Source: Candidatus Bathyarchaeota archaeon
GTDB taxonomy: Archaea; Thermoproteota; Bathyarchaeia; Bathyarchaeales; Bathycorpusculaceae
Assembly: GCA_963768425.1 (NCBI GenBank)
Contig: CAVYHV010000009.1
Location: forward strand, 192,001 to 256,000
Length of the DNA stretch: 64,000 nucleotides
Direction: 5' to 3'
Shown here: piece by piece, positions 22,646 to 33,500 of the stretch
Position numbering within the stretch: the first letter of the stretch is position 1
Layout of the letters: every line of letters starts with the position of its first letter
Notes under the pieces: generated by a model
Told to the model about the DNA's origin: nothing
The model's database searches: none
The model's input: the letters and a program-made list of their open reading frames with translations, nothing else
Position numbers and translations under genes: made by a program

Positions 22646-22945
22646 TTAGCTTGGTGTTTCTTCAAAAGCGTCTTCAGGCGCGGGTTCTTTTTCTGCTTCT
22701 TTGGTTTCTTCTTTTTGAATTTCTGTTTCTTTTTCGGTTGCTGATGTTTCTTCATGTGAGCTGAAGGTGAACACTACAAATGAAATGACGGCTCCCAGCA
22801 AGTACGGCAAAATTGAAGTGAAGATGTTATATACAAACAAGCTCGCAGGAGCGGCTGACGTATACATTACCCTATTTAATTCGTAATTTGTTAAGGCAGC
22901 CAATCCTGCAAACACTATGAACGCTATACCGACCCGAAGAGACAA
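22646..22945 (-). CDS. Small 2-TM membrane protein with acidic tail
   Basis: Two hydrophobic segments, Glu-rich C-terminus. Confidence 0.6.
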   Translation of the reverse strand: MSLRVGIAFIVFAGLAALTNYELNRVMYTSAAPASLFVYNIFTSILPYLLGAVISFVVFTFSSHEETSATEKETEIQKEETKEAEKEPAPEDAFEETPS

Positions 22946-23229
22946 CTTCTTAATGACTTCCCAGTTTTGTATTTGTTCTCACCTTGTCTCCTGCTAACAT
23001 CCGCATTCCTTTTAAATCGTTGCTTTATGAAACTCTGCTAAGCTGCAAGGCTCAGAACATGGGTTTTTCACATCACATACGGGTAAACCAGCACGTTGGG
23101 CTTATCCCGAAAAAAAAGATTATTTTTAAAGTGAGGGTCCATCTTTTGAGTAACTCCGTGCTTACCAGGTTCGCGCTGATTAAGGGTTCTCTTCTTTCTT
23201 GCTTTCTTTCAGTTTCTCAATCTCCATGT

Positions 23230-23547
23230 TTATGTGCCCAGAACAGCCTCAAGTTTCTCTTTTCTGCGTTGCAGCATTTCAAGAACTTGCTCATTGCTTG
23301 GTTTAAGCATGGGTTCGCCACACGCTGGACACTGCATTCCGGGTCCAGAGCTCCAAGGCATCCCCCCGTGCATTTGTCCTCCCATCATGGCGTGACCTCT
23401 CCAGGAACCCATTCCACCCCAAGGACCCATCCAACCCATCCTAGGTTTCCACTCCTTTGCAGCCGCCATCAAAGCTTCGTTTACCTCCACTTCAACTGTT
23501 ATTTTCGCTTTTCCACTTTTGTCTTCACTCATCAAAATCACCTCCAC
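23230..23547 (-). CDS. Gly/Met-rich protein with CxxC and coiled coil (DUF5320-like), end frameshifted
   Basis: MGWMGPWGGMG..., CPACG, EMLQRRKEKLEA; GGAGGTG RBS. Confidence 0.55.
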   Translation of the reverse strand: MEVILMSEDKSGKAKITVEVEVNEALMAAAKEWKPRMGWMGPWGGMGSWRGHAMMGGQMHGGMPWSSGPGMQCPACGEPMLKPSNEQVLEMLQRRKEKLEAVLGT

Positions 23548-23654
23548 TTACGGGCGCTTTTTTGGCTATCACCTATTTTTTCAATCAAACCAAGCTTATA
23601 ATCAAATGTGATTGTAACTTGCCAGCAACATCATCAAAGGAAGATACCATTCTA

Positions 23655-23679
23655 TCGCGCTGGTTTATCCCTAAATTGA
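23655..23679 (+). repeat. 25-bp boundary site, copy 4
   Basis: TCGCGCTGGTTTATCCCTAAATTGA. Confidence 0.75.
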
Positions 23680-23698
23680 AACACTTATAACTAGAAAT

Positions 23699-23932
23699 GG
23701 AGTCTCGTATCTTGAGAACCAATCAACACAAGGAAGGTGAATCCCTGCGATACAGGATGAACACGAGACCCTTGAAACCTTCTTCAAAAACGTTGACTTA
23801 AGCTTTGCTCACAAAATCCTAACCAGATGCTTCCACCTTTCTGGTCCCGGAAGGCCACCCAGAAGCCCACTTTGCCTCTTTCAAATGTTCTTAGTCATGC
23901 GTATGAAAGCAGTGCGTAACGGAGAGAAATAG
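23699..23932 (+). mobile_element. Truncated IS remnant (IS5/IS1182-like transposase N-terminus)
   Basis: LETFFKNVDLS...GPGRPPRSP..LF..FLVM.MK.VR resembles the DUF772 region; frame ends at 23932. Confidence 0.6.
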
Positions 23933-24041
23933 TTTTGTATCCAAACTCAAGGTGCCTATGTAAACTCTTTCATTCATATCGTCACTATTTACCGATAGGC
24001 AAAACTGACATAGAAGCTATTCGGATGGCAATTCTGCTAAT

Positions 24042-24581
24042 TTAGGCCATAGGCACTTCTAATGTAACAGCTCCATCTATAATTTCCCTTTTTACTTTTC
24101 GGCTGCAGCAAGCTTCCAAAAGAGTTGAGACAACATCACTGACATAAAAACTCCAATTTCCACCCAAATTATGGCGTAAATGAAGAACCTCAATATTCTT
24201 AACTATATAATGCTCACATTTGAACCAATTTGCATACTCACTCAATATCGTCGTAATAAAAAAAATGGCGTCTTCGTTGTTAAACCTGAGTCCCATTGAC
24301 CGAAAAAGGTCCAAAGCAATGTTTGAGCCAGCATTTTCGGCAATGTCATTCAATTTATCTTTTGGACACGCCTCTGCAAAGCGTGATACGGTCCTCTGCG
24401 TCAAGACTATTACATCGAGCCGTTTCAAGAATCTTTGGAATAAACAATAATCTCTAAGAATCCCATTAATGAGGGCGTTTGGAGTTGTGTGTTGCCGTTC
24501 AGCCTCCTGGTTCAAAGTGTTGAGCCATCGTTCATTAATTCTGAAAGAACGCCCCACTGTTCGATTCTTACGTTCAACCAT
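24042..24581 (-). CDS. Ribbon-helix-helix regulator with V4R-like C-terminal domain
   Basis: RSFRI.E..L..L..EA....TPN.LIN.IL; HNLG..WS. Confidence 0.65.
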   Translation of the reverse strand: MVERKNRTVGRSFRINERWLNTLNQEAERQHTTPNALINGILRDYCLFQRFLKRLDVIVLTQRTVSRFAEACPKDKLNDIAENAGSNIALDLFRSMGLRFNNEDAIFFITTILSEYANWFKCEHYIVKNIEVLHLRHNLGGNWSFYVSDVVSTLLEACCSRKVKREIIDGAVTLEVPMA

Positions 24582-24703
24582 TTCTAAAAAGCACTCCTAA
24601 AAATCCTAGGATGTATCGCGCTATAATACTTTGCGATTTATTGCATTTCAATGTTTACATAGCTTCCTTATAGGTGAAAATCGTGTTGAGGAGAGGGATT
24701 TAT

Positions 24704-25115
24704 TTGAAATTCAACGAAACAGAAAGAAGATACATAGTTCTCTTGGTAGATGGTGACCACGCTTAGCTAGGTGCAAGAAAATGTTTAGAGGCTCAAGGTG
24801 GTCTGGATGTTGAAACTGTCTTCTCAAGTCGTGAAGCATTCAAAAAGATGGAAAAGATAAAACCTGACGTTATAGTCTGCAGTTTTCGATTGCAAGGGGA
24901 AAATCCTTGCGATTTCCTAAAGGAGCTCCGCGACAAGGGTATTGCAATCCCCTTTTATTGGTTTGACGGATGACGAAAATCACTTAGGACTTAAAGCTTA
25001 TCATTTGGGTGCGAGCGGTTTAGTTAATAAATTTGTGGATCCCTCGATTCTTTATCCACAGCTGAAGAAACTCGTGCTGTCTCTCGTAGAGCCTTTTGAT
25101 GGCGAGGAATCCTAA
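24704..25115 (+). pseudogene. Stand-alone response-regulator receiver, disrupted and atypical
   Basis: VLLVDGD, KPDVIVCS, LKELR, IPF, LGASGLVNK; in-frame TAG near 24764 and a frameshift. Confidence 0.65.
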
Positions 25116-25225
25116 ATGACCAAACAATTCACCTGTTGGTGCGACCTTACAGTCACACACGCTTAACCCACCAGTGATCAGTTATAAAGTAGTTCTTGTT
25201 GTCGTGAAAGGAGGGATAGATAAGA

Positions 25226-25515
25226 ATGAAAAGTAAAGATTTTATGGATAAAGATGTGTTTGCATTAAATAAAAAATCGGCAAGATCAAAGAAATAGAGT
25301 TAGATCCATAAGAATGGAAAGTTACTCATCTTGAAGTCGAATTGGATAAAAACGTTTCCGAATCAGTGCTTGGCGCAAAGAAAGGCGGAGTACGAAACAT
25401 GCTAAACGTTTCAGCTTTAGAGAAAGGAACCGGCATGTGGACAGACGATGGGTTGCACTTAAAAGTTGCAAAAGACCAATTGCACATGTACTTAAAACCA
25501 GTAGTTAAAACTTAA
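25226..25515 (+). CDS. PRC-barrel domain protein, frameshifted
   Basis: MKSKDFMDKDV...IGKIKEIELDP..WKVTHLEV; GGAGG RBS. Confidence 0.7.
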
Positions 25516-25558
25516 GCCTGCGCAATTTTTTAGCGTATTTTGGTAGGTGTAACAAATT

Positions 25559-25752
25559 ATGTCAGAACATCATGTAGATGTCAAGGAACAGATAGAGAAA
25601 ATGGGCGAGAAATGGAGCGAATTCCAGAAATCGTTGGGTTTATCACTTCGAAGACTTGGATGTTGAAGTATTAGACTGGAACTTCGTGTTGGAAAAACCG
25701 ACAACGACACATCTTGATATAAAAGCCAAAGTGGCTAAGACAAAAGAGGTAA
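25559..25752 (+). CDS. Small hypothetical protein, frameshifted (end approximate)
   Basis: MSEHHVDVKEQIEKMGEKWSEFQK; AGGTG RBS. Confidence 0.4.
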
Positions 25753-26016
25753 TAATCCTTAACACCTTGGGCTCAATGAAACACCATTTTTTTTTCTAAG
25801 AACACTAATATCCTAATGCATTATTTTCAAATAAGCGGCTTAGTCTTTCTTGTCCTTTTAAACATTTTTTGTGGAAGATAGTCAAAGCAAGATAGATTCT
25901 GAGAAATACTCAAACTTATCACAAATTTAGCAGAGCTAAACAAAGATGATTTCTTTTCTTTGCAAAAAAAGTTTGAAAGCAGAATATAGCGCTTGCTTAG
26001 GTGTCTTTGGTTGATG

Positions 26017-26175
26017 TTATATTCTGCGTCCTGTAACTAGTCGGTAAACTATTATGATGAGGGCGATGACAAGCAGTAGCCATATAATGTCGCCAAGGTT
26101 GAAGATGAAAAAGCCAAGCAACCATAGCAAGATTAGAATCGCAGCAACTACGATAAGAAAGTCAAGTGTTCGCAT
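26017..26175 (-). CDS. lmo0937-family small membrane protein (52 aa)
   Basis: ILILLWLLGFFIFNLGDIIWLLLVIALIIIVYRLVTGRR; GGAG RBS. Confidence 0.8.
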   Translation of the reverse strand: MRTLDFLIVVAAILILLWLLGFFIFNLGDIIWLLLVIALIIIVYRLVTGRRI

Positions 26176-26385
26176 TTTCAAAAACTCCACTTACCCTTGA
26201 CTCGCCAGTCTATTTTAAGCTGTGTGACTGCAAATGGACAGTAACAGCTTTATTATCTTGTCCATTTAGTCTCTTGATGTATATGTATTGGGTTTTTGAA
26301 TTTCTTTTAGGTTCAGTTTTCTTTAAAACGGCAGTACCAATTTATTTATTAGCCGCTGTGAGAGTAGATTTTTTGAGGATTTTTA

Positions 26386-26557
26386 ATGAGTGACGAAGAA
26401 GCAAAAGGTAAGATTGAGAAAACAAAAGGCAAGATTCGTGAAGACTTAGGCAAAAATTACAGGCGACAAAAACAAGCAGGTTAAGGGCAAAGTAGAACAA
26501 GTCAAAGGCAAAGTCCAAGAAGAAGTAGGAAAAGCAAAAAGAAAAGCCAAAGAGTAA
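26386..26557 (+). CDS. csbD: CsbD family stress protein (one extra A in a homopolymer)
   Basis: EEAKGKIEKTKGKIREDLGKITGD...KGKVEQVKGKVQEEVGKAK. Confidence 0.85.
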
Positions 26558-27353
26558 ACATTAACAACTCAACGTTTTAGACAGAATAAGCAAAGATGCG
26601 ATTAGCCAAAGAGCTACTGGAAACGTTTTCGACTACTTTTGTTGTTAAATTAACAAGCACTCTGTCTATTTTATTCAAGGCTCTGAATCACACGCCAAAG
26701 GATGGCCTTTGCCTTCAGTTTGTCAATAGCGTTCTATTAAGTACGTTGGAAGGGCCATCTTGCATTGTCTTGTGCATAATTGTTCATCCGATGAAAGCTG
26801 TATGTTCATGGTAGAGGCTAAAAGCTTTATGATAAGTTAGGATTTACGCGTGCGCTCAACTTAGCTGCTATACACTGATCTGTGGAAAAATAGGAAGCGC
26901 AAAATTGTCGTATAAGTGCTTTCCTTATGCACGTCTAACACGCAAACTAAGGCGCTCATAACATGGCGTGCCGCCTCTTGGTTAAAACACTTCGCATACC
27001 ATCGCGCTAAACACCTGTGTCTTCCTGTAAAATAACAATTACTAGTTCCCTCATCTATCTTCTGAAATTAATTTTAGCATGTTTTACTAAAACTCTTTAT
27101 TCTTAAACATCTAGTTCTACGCCGCACCTCTTTTTTTCTTAATTTTTTTCTTAGCTTGCCTCGCATCCACTGCGGCAAGCATACGGAAAAAATCCTATCA
27201 TGCAAAGTGTGCGCTCCTCCCTCCTTGTGCGCGTCTCCCTCCTCCATGTGTGTGATTATGATTGTGACTGGTTGTGGTTGGTTGTAGTTAGTTTAGAGAG
27301 AGAGAGGATTAAATTTTAGGGCCCAACCAATTAACTCAAAAATAAATGTCAAC

Positions 27354-27378
27354 TCAATTTAGGGACAAAGCGGCGCGC
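27354..27378 (-). repeat. 25-bp boundary site, copy 5
   Basis: Reverse strand GCGCGCCGCTTTGTCCCTAAATTGA. Confidence 0.75.
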
Positions 27379-27446
27379 GTGTCACCAACTTGCTTTAATT
27401 AAATCAGGGACATGCCACCAGCGATCTAAGAAAAACACTGAAAAAC

Positions 27447-27674
27447 TCATGCATCCTGCCTGCAGATGGAATGAAAGCGGGCTATTTCTAAGTGTAGTGT
27501 TTCATTTTGCTTGCTTTGATTAGAATCTGCTTTGTCAAGTACGTTGTTGATCCCTCTGAGTGGTTGCCTGTTTTTTTTGGGTTCAACTATGTGATTGTTT
27601 ACGGCACGGTTCATGGCTTTCAAATCAGGAACCACCAAAATCTTAACACCGCACATGCATCTGACAATGGGCAT
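27447..27674 (-). CDS. Small zinc-binding protein
   Basis: MPIVRCMCGVKILVVPDLKAM..A..NH; C-terminus probably frameshifted. Confidence 0.55.
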   Translation of the reverse strand: MPIVRCMCGVKILVVPDLKAMNRAVNNHIVEPKKNRQPLRGINNVLDKADSNQSKQNETLHLEIARFHSICRQDA

Positions 27675-27971
27675 TTGTCTTTTTTGTAGGTCGACTTTCC
27701 TTGGATGAACTTGGCGAACACATGTTCATTTTCTGACTAATTTTTCTTGCCATGGTAACTCATACATGACTCAATTAAAGCCAACTCAAATAGTATGTCT
27801 TGCATCAAATATAAGAAGAAGTGATAGGCAGAGATAACAATCACAAATCAAAGATGCGCAAAAGCTCGCCTGAAAAGCTCAAAAAAATAGCACAAGTCAA
27901 GTTTGAAAAGCCGTTAAGCATTTCCTTTTAAGAAAAAAAAGAAAACGAAGGGTTGTTGTTATTTTGTTTTT

Positions 27972-28634
27972 TTAAGTTAGCTTTGTGCCGCATTCGCCGC
28001 AGAAACTGGTGCCCGCTTGGTTTTTAGCTCCGCATTTGGGACATACTTTCAATCCTAAGGGTGCTCCGCAGTTATTGCAGAATTTGCCTGAACCGGCTGG
28101 TTTTCCACATACGGGACAAATTGTTTGTCTCTGCGTTACTTCTCCTGTGTAGACTTGGGTGGTTTCAGCTTTTTGTTTGATGTCAGCGACCATTTTTCCA
28201 GCTCTGGCAGCAGCTACTTCGGTGCTTTCCCGTGGGGCGTCTTCAGTACATAGTCCTTCTTGTTCGTTCCAGTCGTTTTCGCAAACGTACTTGTGGCATC
28301 TTGGGCACCTGTTGAAGTGTCCTTTGGCTTCATTTTGTGCAAGGTCAAATGCCTGTTCATGTTCTTTGTGCCATTCCGGCGTCATGCCTTGAAATTGGCC
28401 GCTCATCACGTCGGCGCCTTGTCCAATGCTGTATCCACTACTATGGCCGGTTAATTGTCCACCGATTTGGGCTGCTCTGCCGAGTCCTTTCCATAAACCT
28501 GCTTTTTTGTAGGTCTTTGATTGGATAAAAGTTGTTTTGTAGCCGTCGCTGCAGATGTCGCATAGAAAAGTAAATTGAAACCCAGCGTCCGTACTGTTGT
28601 CTTGATAATTTCGGGTAAAAGGTTGAAGTGGCAT
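27972..28634 (-). CDS. Zinc-ribbon protein with C-terminal double zinc ribbon
   Basis: CDIC, CPRC..VC..D, CPVC..FCNNCG..CPKCG..FCGECG. Confidence 0.85.
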   Translation of the reverse strand: MPLQPFTRNYQDNSTDAGFQFTFLCDICSDGYKTTFIQSKTYKKAGLWKGLGRAAQIGGQLTGHSSGYSIGQGADVMSGQFQGMTPEWHKEHEQAFDLAQNEAKGHFNRCPRCHKYVCENDWNEQEGLCTEDAPRESTEVAAARAGKMVADIKQKAETTQVYTGEVTQRQTICPVCGKPAGSGKFCNNCGAPLGLKVCPKCGAKNQAGTSFCGECGTKLT

Positions 28635-28640
28635 TTATTT

Positions 28641-28976
28641 TCATCTCCCTGTTATGTTTAGTGGTTTACCGCATTTTATGCATTTCTCTCCAAGCGGCGG
28701 CTGCTCGGTTCTGCATTTTGGGCAAATCACTGTGAGTCTTTTGTCGCAGTTTTGGCAGTAGTCACCGAAGAACGTGGGTTTTCCGCAGTATGGGCAGTTT
28801 ATTTGAAGTACTAAGCCACAGCTGCTGCATCTGACTTGTCCAGTTTCAATCGGGTTTCGACATTTTGGGCATCTTTGAGGCCCCACTGGGTTAACTTTTC
28901 CACAGAAGGGACAGACGTTATCATCTGCCGAGACCAGTTTTCCGCAGAATTTACAAGGGTGTTTGTAACCTGGCAT
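28641..28976 (-). CDS. Multi-zinc-ribbon (DZR) protein
   Basis: Eight CxxC pairs in 111 aa. Confidence 0.85.
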   Translation of the reverse strand: MPGYKHPCKFCGKLVSADDNVCPFCGKVNPVGPQRCPKCRNPIETGQVRCSSCGLVLQINCPYCGKPTFFGDYCQNCDKRLTVICPKCRTEQPPLGEKCIKCGKPLNITGR

Positions 28977-30383
28977 TTATTGGTCTTCTCCTTTAATCCA
29001 TTTTTCACTGTCATCAATACTTTTAGTATTGAAGGCTAATAAGTTAGTCACATCCGCCCTCCATTGCTCTTGCGAAGAATGAATTACTCTGCCGACAAAT
29101 CGGTCTCTCAGGGTTTTGAGGGATGGAATTTTTGCTATGGCGAATCTATATTGAGTGTACTGGGTGCTTTCAAGCTGGTTTTCCGTGAGGTAGATGGGTT
29201 CTCTTCTGAAGTTAATTTCAATCATGGACCGGTTGATGTCTTTGATGAAACCCTCCAGATCTTCAGCTAAATCCTCGTCTTTTGCCAATGAATATTCCTT
29301 TCTTCCGGTTACTCTGAAGAAATAGGTTGCCCCCGTTGTCGCAGGTTTTTGTTCATCGGCGGGCTTTTGGTTTGTGCCTCCCCCTCCGTCTGTGTCTGTG
29401 TCAGTTGAAGCGTCGCCTTTGTTTCCTTCTGCATTTTCTTCAGTGTTGAATGCTTCTAGGGCGATTGTGTTGCTCAGTCTATTTGTATCGGGGTTCATGA
29501 GGGGAAATAGCATCCATATGTAAGTGCCTGTGAGGCCGCCCATGAGTCCGCGTTTTATTCCCACGCAGACTTGATCTTTTGCGGCGAGTGAATTCAAAAA
29601 TTCGTATTCTGCAGTTATGCCTGCTTCGTCTATCTTCTTGGTAAGGCGACGCCAGAAGTCCAATGATTGTTGTTCGATTTCTTTTCTTTTTGCTGCTCGT
29701 CCATCTTTCATTAAGGAAGCTAATTTGTTTATCACGATTGGGGTTGCTTCGGGGATTAGTTCTTTTATGTTTTGTTGCGTTCTAAGAATCATTTTATTTA
29801 TTGAATCAGAGAGGGCTTTTGCGAAGGGATCAAAGTTTTGTCCTAGGCTGGTGAACTCGATTTTTTCCAGGGATTCGTTTGTTACTGTCAGTTTGTAGTC
29901 TTGTTTGTTTACGTTGATTATGTAGCAGTATGGAAGGCGGATGGGTTCGCTTTTTTGCGGTAAGATTACTAGGGCGATGTCGTAAAGTCGGGCTTCGCAG
30001 TTTCCTGATTGGGTTGTTTGACCCTTTAAATCAAGTTGTGTGAACTGTGCTTCGAAGCCAGCTTGAAGAAGCGACTCTTCCATGAGCAGGTATTTTAACA
30101 TAAGCTCGTTGCGGAGCTTGTATAGTTGGAACAGAAAATCTTCGTATTGGTAGCCTAAACCCCAAAGGTTCAGTTTTTCCTTAGAAGTCAAGAAAAGATC
30201 AATTTTATAATCGTAATCGGAAATTCCAACGATATCAGTATACATGAGTAGCATTGGTTCGCCGAACATCACCGTTAGGGTGAGGTATCGTTCATCGAAA
30301 GTGGCTCTTGCTTCCCCTTCACTCTTTATGTTAGATTGGTCATCGAAGAGTTTGTAATTAACGGCAACTTCCATCTGTGTCAC
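28977..30383 (-). CDS. Hypothetical protein with two probable PH-like domains
   Basis: Intact 468 aa; two similar beta-rich repeats each ending in LG..(Y/F)(E/D).F...L helix. Confidence 0.6.
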   Translation of the reverse strand: MTQMEVAVNYKLFDDQSNIKSEGEARATFDERYLTLTVMFGEPMLLMYTDIVGISDYDYKIDLFLTSKEKLNLWGLGYQYEDFLFQLYKLRNELMLKYLLMEESLLQAGFEAQFTQLDLKGQTTQSGNCEARLYDIALVILPQKSEPIRLPYCYIINVNKQDYKLTVTNESLEKIEFTSLGQNFDPFAKALSDSINKMILRTQQNIKELIPEATPIVINKLASLMKDGRAAKRKEIEQQSLDFWRRLTKKIDEAGITAEYEFLNSLAAKDQVCVGIKRGLMGGLTGTYIWMLFPLMNPDTNRLSNTIALEAFNTEENAEGNKGDASTDTDTDGGGGTNQKPADEQKPATTGATYFFRVTGRKEYSLAKDEDLAEDLEGFIKDINRSMIEINFRREPIYLTENQLESTQYTQYRFAIAKIPSLKTLRDRFVGRVIHSSQEQWRADVTNLLAFNTKSIDDSEKWIKGEDQ

Positions 30384-30583
30384 CTATGCAACTAATTATG
30401 CGTAAGCGAAATATCTATTTTTGCAGGATAGTTGATACTAAACGCGGTCGGGTAGACCCACGAAGATCGGACATTGGCAATATTGTCCTAGCACACGTTT
30501 TGCACAACAATTCAGATACAGGGTTCCTCGCGAGATAATCTTAATAGCCTGAACAAGATAAAATCCATCAGCAGCGTGCCTCT

Positions 30584-33500
30584 TTGCTCAAACTATATGG
30601 AAACAAGGCAAGCACCTTCGCCGTTTTAATAATACTCACCTTTGCGATAAGTTTCCCTGGAATAGCATCGTCAGCAAAGGCAACAACACAAAGTATCGGC
30701 TGGACCGCACATCCCCTCTTTCTAGCCAATCCTGTTTCAACCCCAGGAGCAGATCCCCTCAGCCCAACCCAAATTATCACGGCTTACAACCTTGCGTCAA
30801 CAACAAAAGGTGCAGGAAGGACAATAGCAATCGTTGACGCCTATGACGACCCAACAATAGCCAAAGACTTATCGAACTTTGACGTCTACTTCAATTTGCC
30901 CGCTGCAAACTTCACAGAACACCCAATGTCAGCCCACATAAGCTCAAACAGCGATTGGGCAATCGAAATCTCCCTCGACGTAGAATGGGCACACGCCATA
31001 GCCCCAGACGCAACAATATTACTCGTAGAAGCCAAATCCGACAGTCTAAGCGACCTTATGAACGCCTTAAACTACGCTAAAAGCCAACCAGGAGTAGTCG
31101 CGGTCTCGATGAGCTGGGGCTCCAACGAATTTATCAGTCAAACCCAACCCGCCTATGACGGAGCATTCAACAGCACGACCGGAATAGTTTTCTTCGCATC
31201 CAGCGGCGATAACGGTTCGGGCGTCCTTTGGCCGTTCAAGCTCATCGAACGTGGTTAGCGTTGGCGGAACAACTCTCAACATAAACTCAACAACTGGAGC
31301 AGTCATTTCAGAAACCGCTTGGAGCAAAAGCGGAGGCGGAGTAAGCACTTATGAATCAACCCCAACATACCAATCAACCTACGGGTTGAACTACGGAAAA
31401 CGTGCTACTCCTGACGTTTCCTATGACGCTGACCCAAACACTGGCTTCTTCGTTTACGACTCCACACCCTACGAAAACGAAACCGGCTGGTGGGATGTCG
31501 GCGGAACCAGCGCAGGAGCTCCACAGTGGGCAGCTATCCAAGCTCTCGGACTCAGCGCAAACAACGCCAACTTCTACCAAGACGCAAACTCAACAAGCTA
31601 CTCCTCTTACTTCCAGGACATAACAGTTGGATCCAATGGGTACCCAGCGGGTCCAGGATATGACCTAGCCACAGGTCTAGGAAGCCCAATCACTACCAAC
31701 TTCGCACCTCAAACCACACCCGACTTCTCAATCTCAGCATCACCTAACCCAATCACCATTAATGCAGGATCCTCTGGAACCTCAACAATAACCATAAACT
31801 CCCTCAACGGATTCACAAGCCAAGTCACACTCACTTCAACAGCATCCGGCGGACTAACCACAAGCCTCAACCCCACATCAATAACCCCCAACGGCACATC
31901 CACATTAACCGTAACGGTCCCGACTACCACTGCAGTTGGAACGTACTCAGCTACTGTATCAGGCGTCAGCGGATCAATCAGGCACAGCACGACAATAACG
32001 GTACAAGCGCAACCGCCAAATTCCAAAGTCACGCTCTCGCCTTCCTCTGCAATTATGGATGATAGTCAGGAGCAGACCTTCACGGCCTCTGCTTCGGGCG
32101 GCACACCTCCTTACACGTACAATTGGTACTTGAACGCCAGTGAGGTCGGCACTAACAGTACAAGTTACACGTTTGATGCCTCGAACGTGGGTTCATTCTC
32201 GCTATACGTTAACGTAACTGATTCAGCTACAAATCCAGTGACTGCTGAATCTAACACTGCATCGATTAAGGTGAACTCGGCCTTGGTTCCTCCATCTGTT
32301 TCTGCTTCTCCTGGCATGGTGGATCAAGGTCAGACTTCCACGCTTTCCGTGATTGATCTTTCCGGCGGCACTAGTCCCTACATGTATCAGTGGCTTCAAA
32401 AAGCCCCTGGCTCTGGATCTTACTCTAACATTGGTGATGCGACTTCATCTAGCTATTCTTTCGTTACATCTGACTCTACAACTACTGGATCTTGGAGTTT
32501 TGAGCTTCAAATCACTGACGGCGCTAAAACCCCGGTTGCGGTTACTTCTACGGATGCTTCTATCACAGTGAATGTTGTGCCAACTGCTTCGGTCTCTTCT
32601 GGATCTCCCATCTCAGATGTTGGCGAATCTAAACTGTTTACTGCTATTCCTGGAGGCGGATCAGGCACTTACTCGTCTTACCAATGGTACGTGAATGGAT
32701 CCGCTCAGACTGGCCAGACTGGATCAACATTTAATTATTATTTTACATCGGTCGGTTCTTACTTGATTGCAGTAACTGTTACAGACAGTTCAGGTTCAAC
32801 TTCAGCCCAGTCTACCGATACGTCAGTTACGGTAAATTCTGCTTTAATTGCTCCCGCTGTGACAGCCACTCCAGACACAGTGGATCAAGGTCAAACTTCC
32901 ATGTTGAACTCTACTGCAATTTCCACAGGCACTTCTCCTTACACGTATCAATGGTTTGAGAAATCCCCTACTGGAAGTTATGTTGCGGTTGGTTCAAACT
33001 CTGGAAGTTTCAGTTTTACAACTTCAGACCCGAACGCAACTGGCAGTTGGAGCTTCTTGCTTCAGGTCACAGATAATACGGGTTCGGCAGTGAACTCAAC
33101 GGGCGTCTCTGTCATGGTGAACGCTGCTCCGACTGTGAGTATTGCGCCATTTGACGCGGTTGCTTTAGATGTGGGACAATCTCAGACTTTTACCGCCAAT
33201 CCTTCGGGCGGCACAGGAGCACTGACCTATCAATGGTATCTGAACGGTTCACTGGTTGGAAGTAACTCCCCCACTTACTCTTTCAGCGCTTCACCTGGTG
33301 CATACACGGTTGCTTGCACGATAACGGATAACGCTTCTTTGCCGGCTTCTGCCGCTTCTAACGAAGTTTCGGTCACGGTGAACCAACTTACGATTACTGT
33401 CACTCAGAGTGCCAATGGTCAGATTGATCCTGGAACAATAGATGTCAATTATGGTGATAGTCAGACTTTCACTTTAACGCCGAATACTGGTTACTACATT

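Noticed and set aside
11796-23719. Composite transposon from shared TCTTGAGAAC at about 11796 and 23710
   Set aside because: Only 10 bp match, wrong orientation to enclose the interval, no target duplication; at most separate IS-end scars.
24764-24766. Pyrrolysine readthrough at the in-frame TAG
   Set aside because: Gene also has a frameshift and degenerate active site; TAG ends normal genes here; no pyl genes seen.
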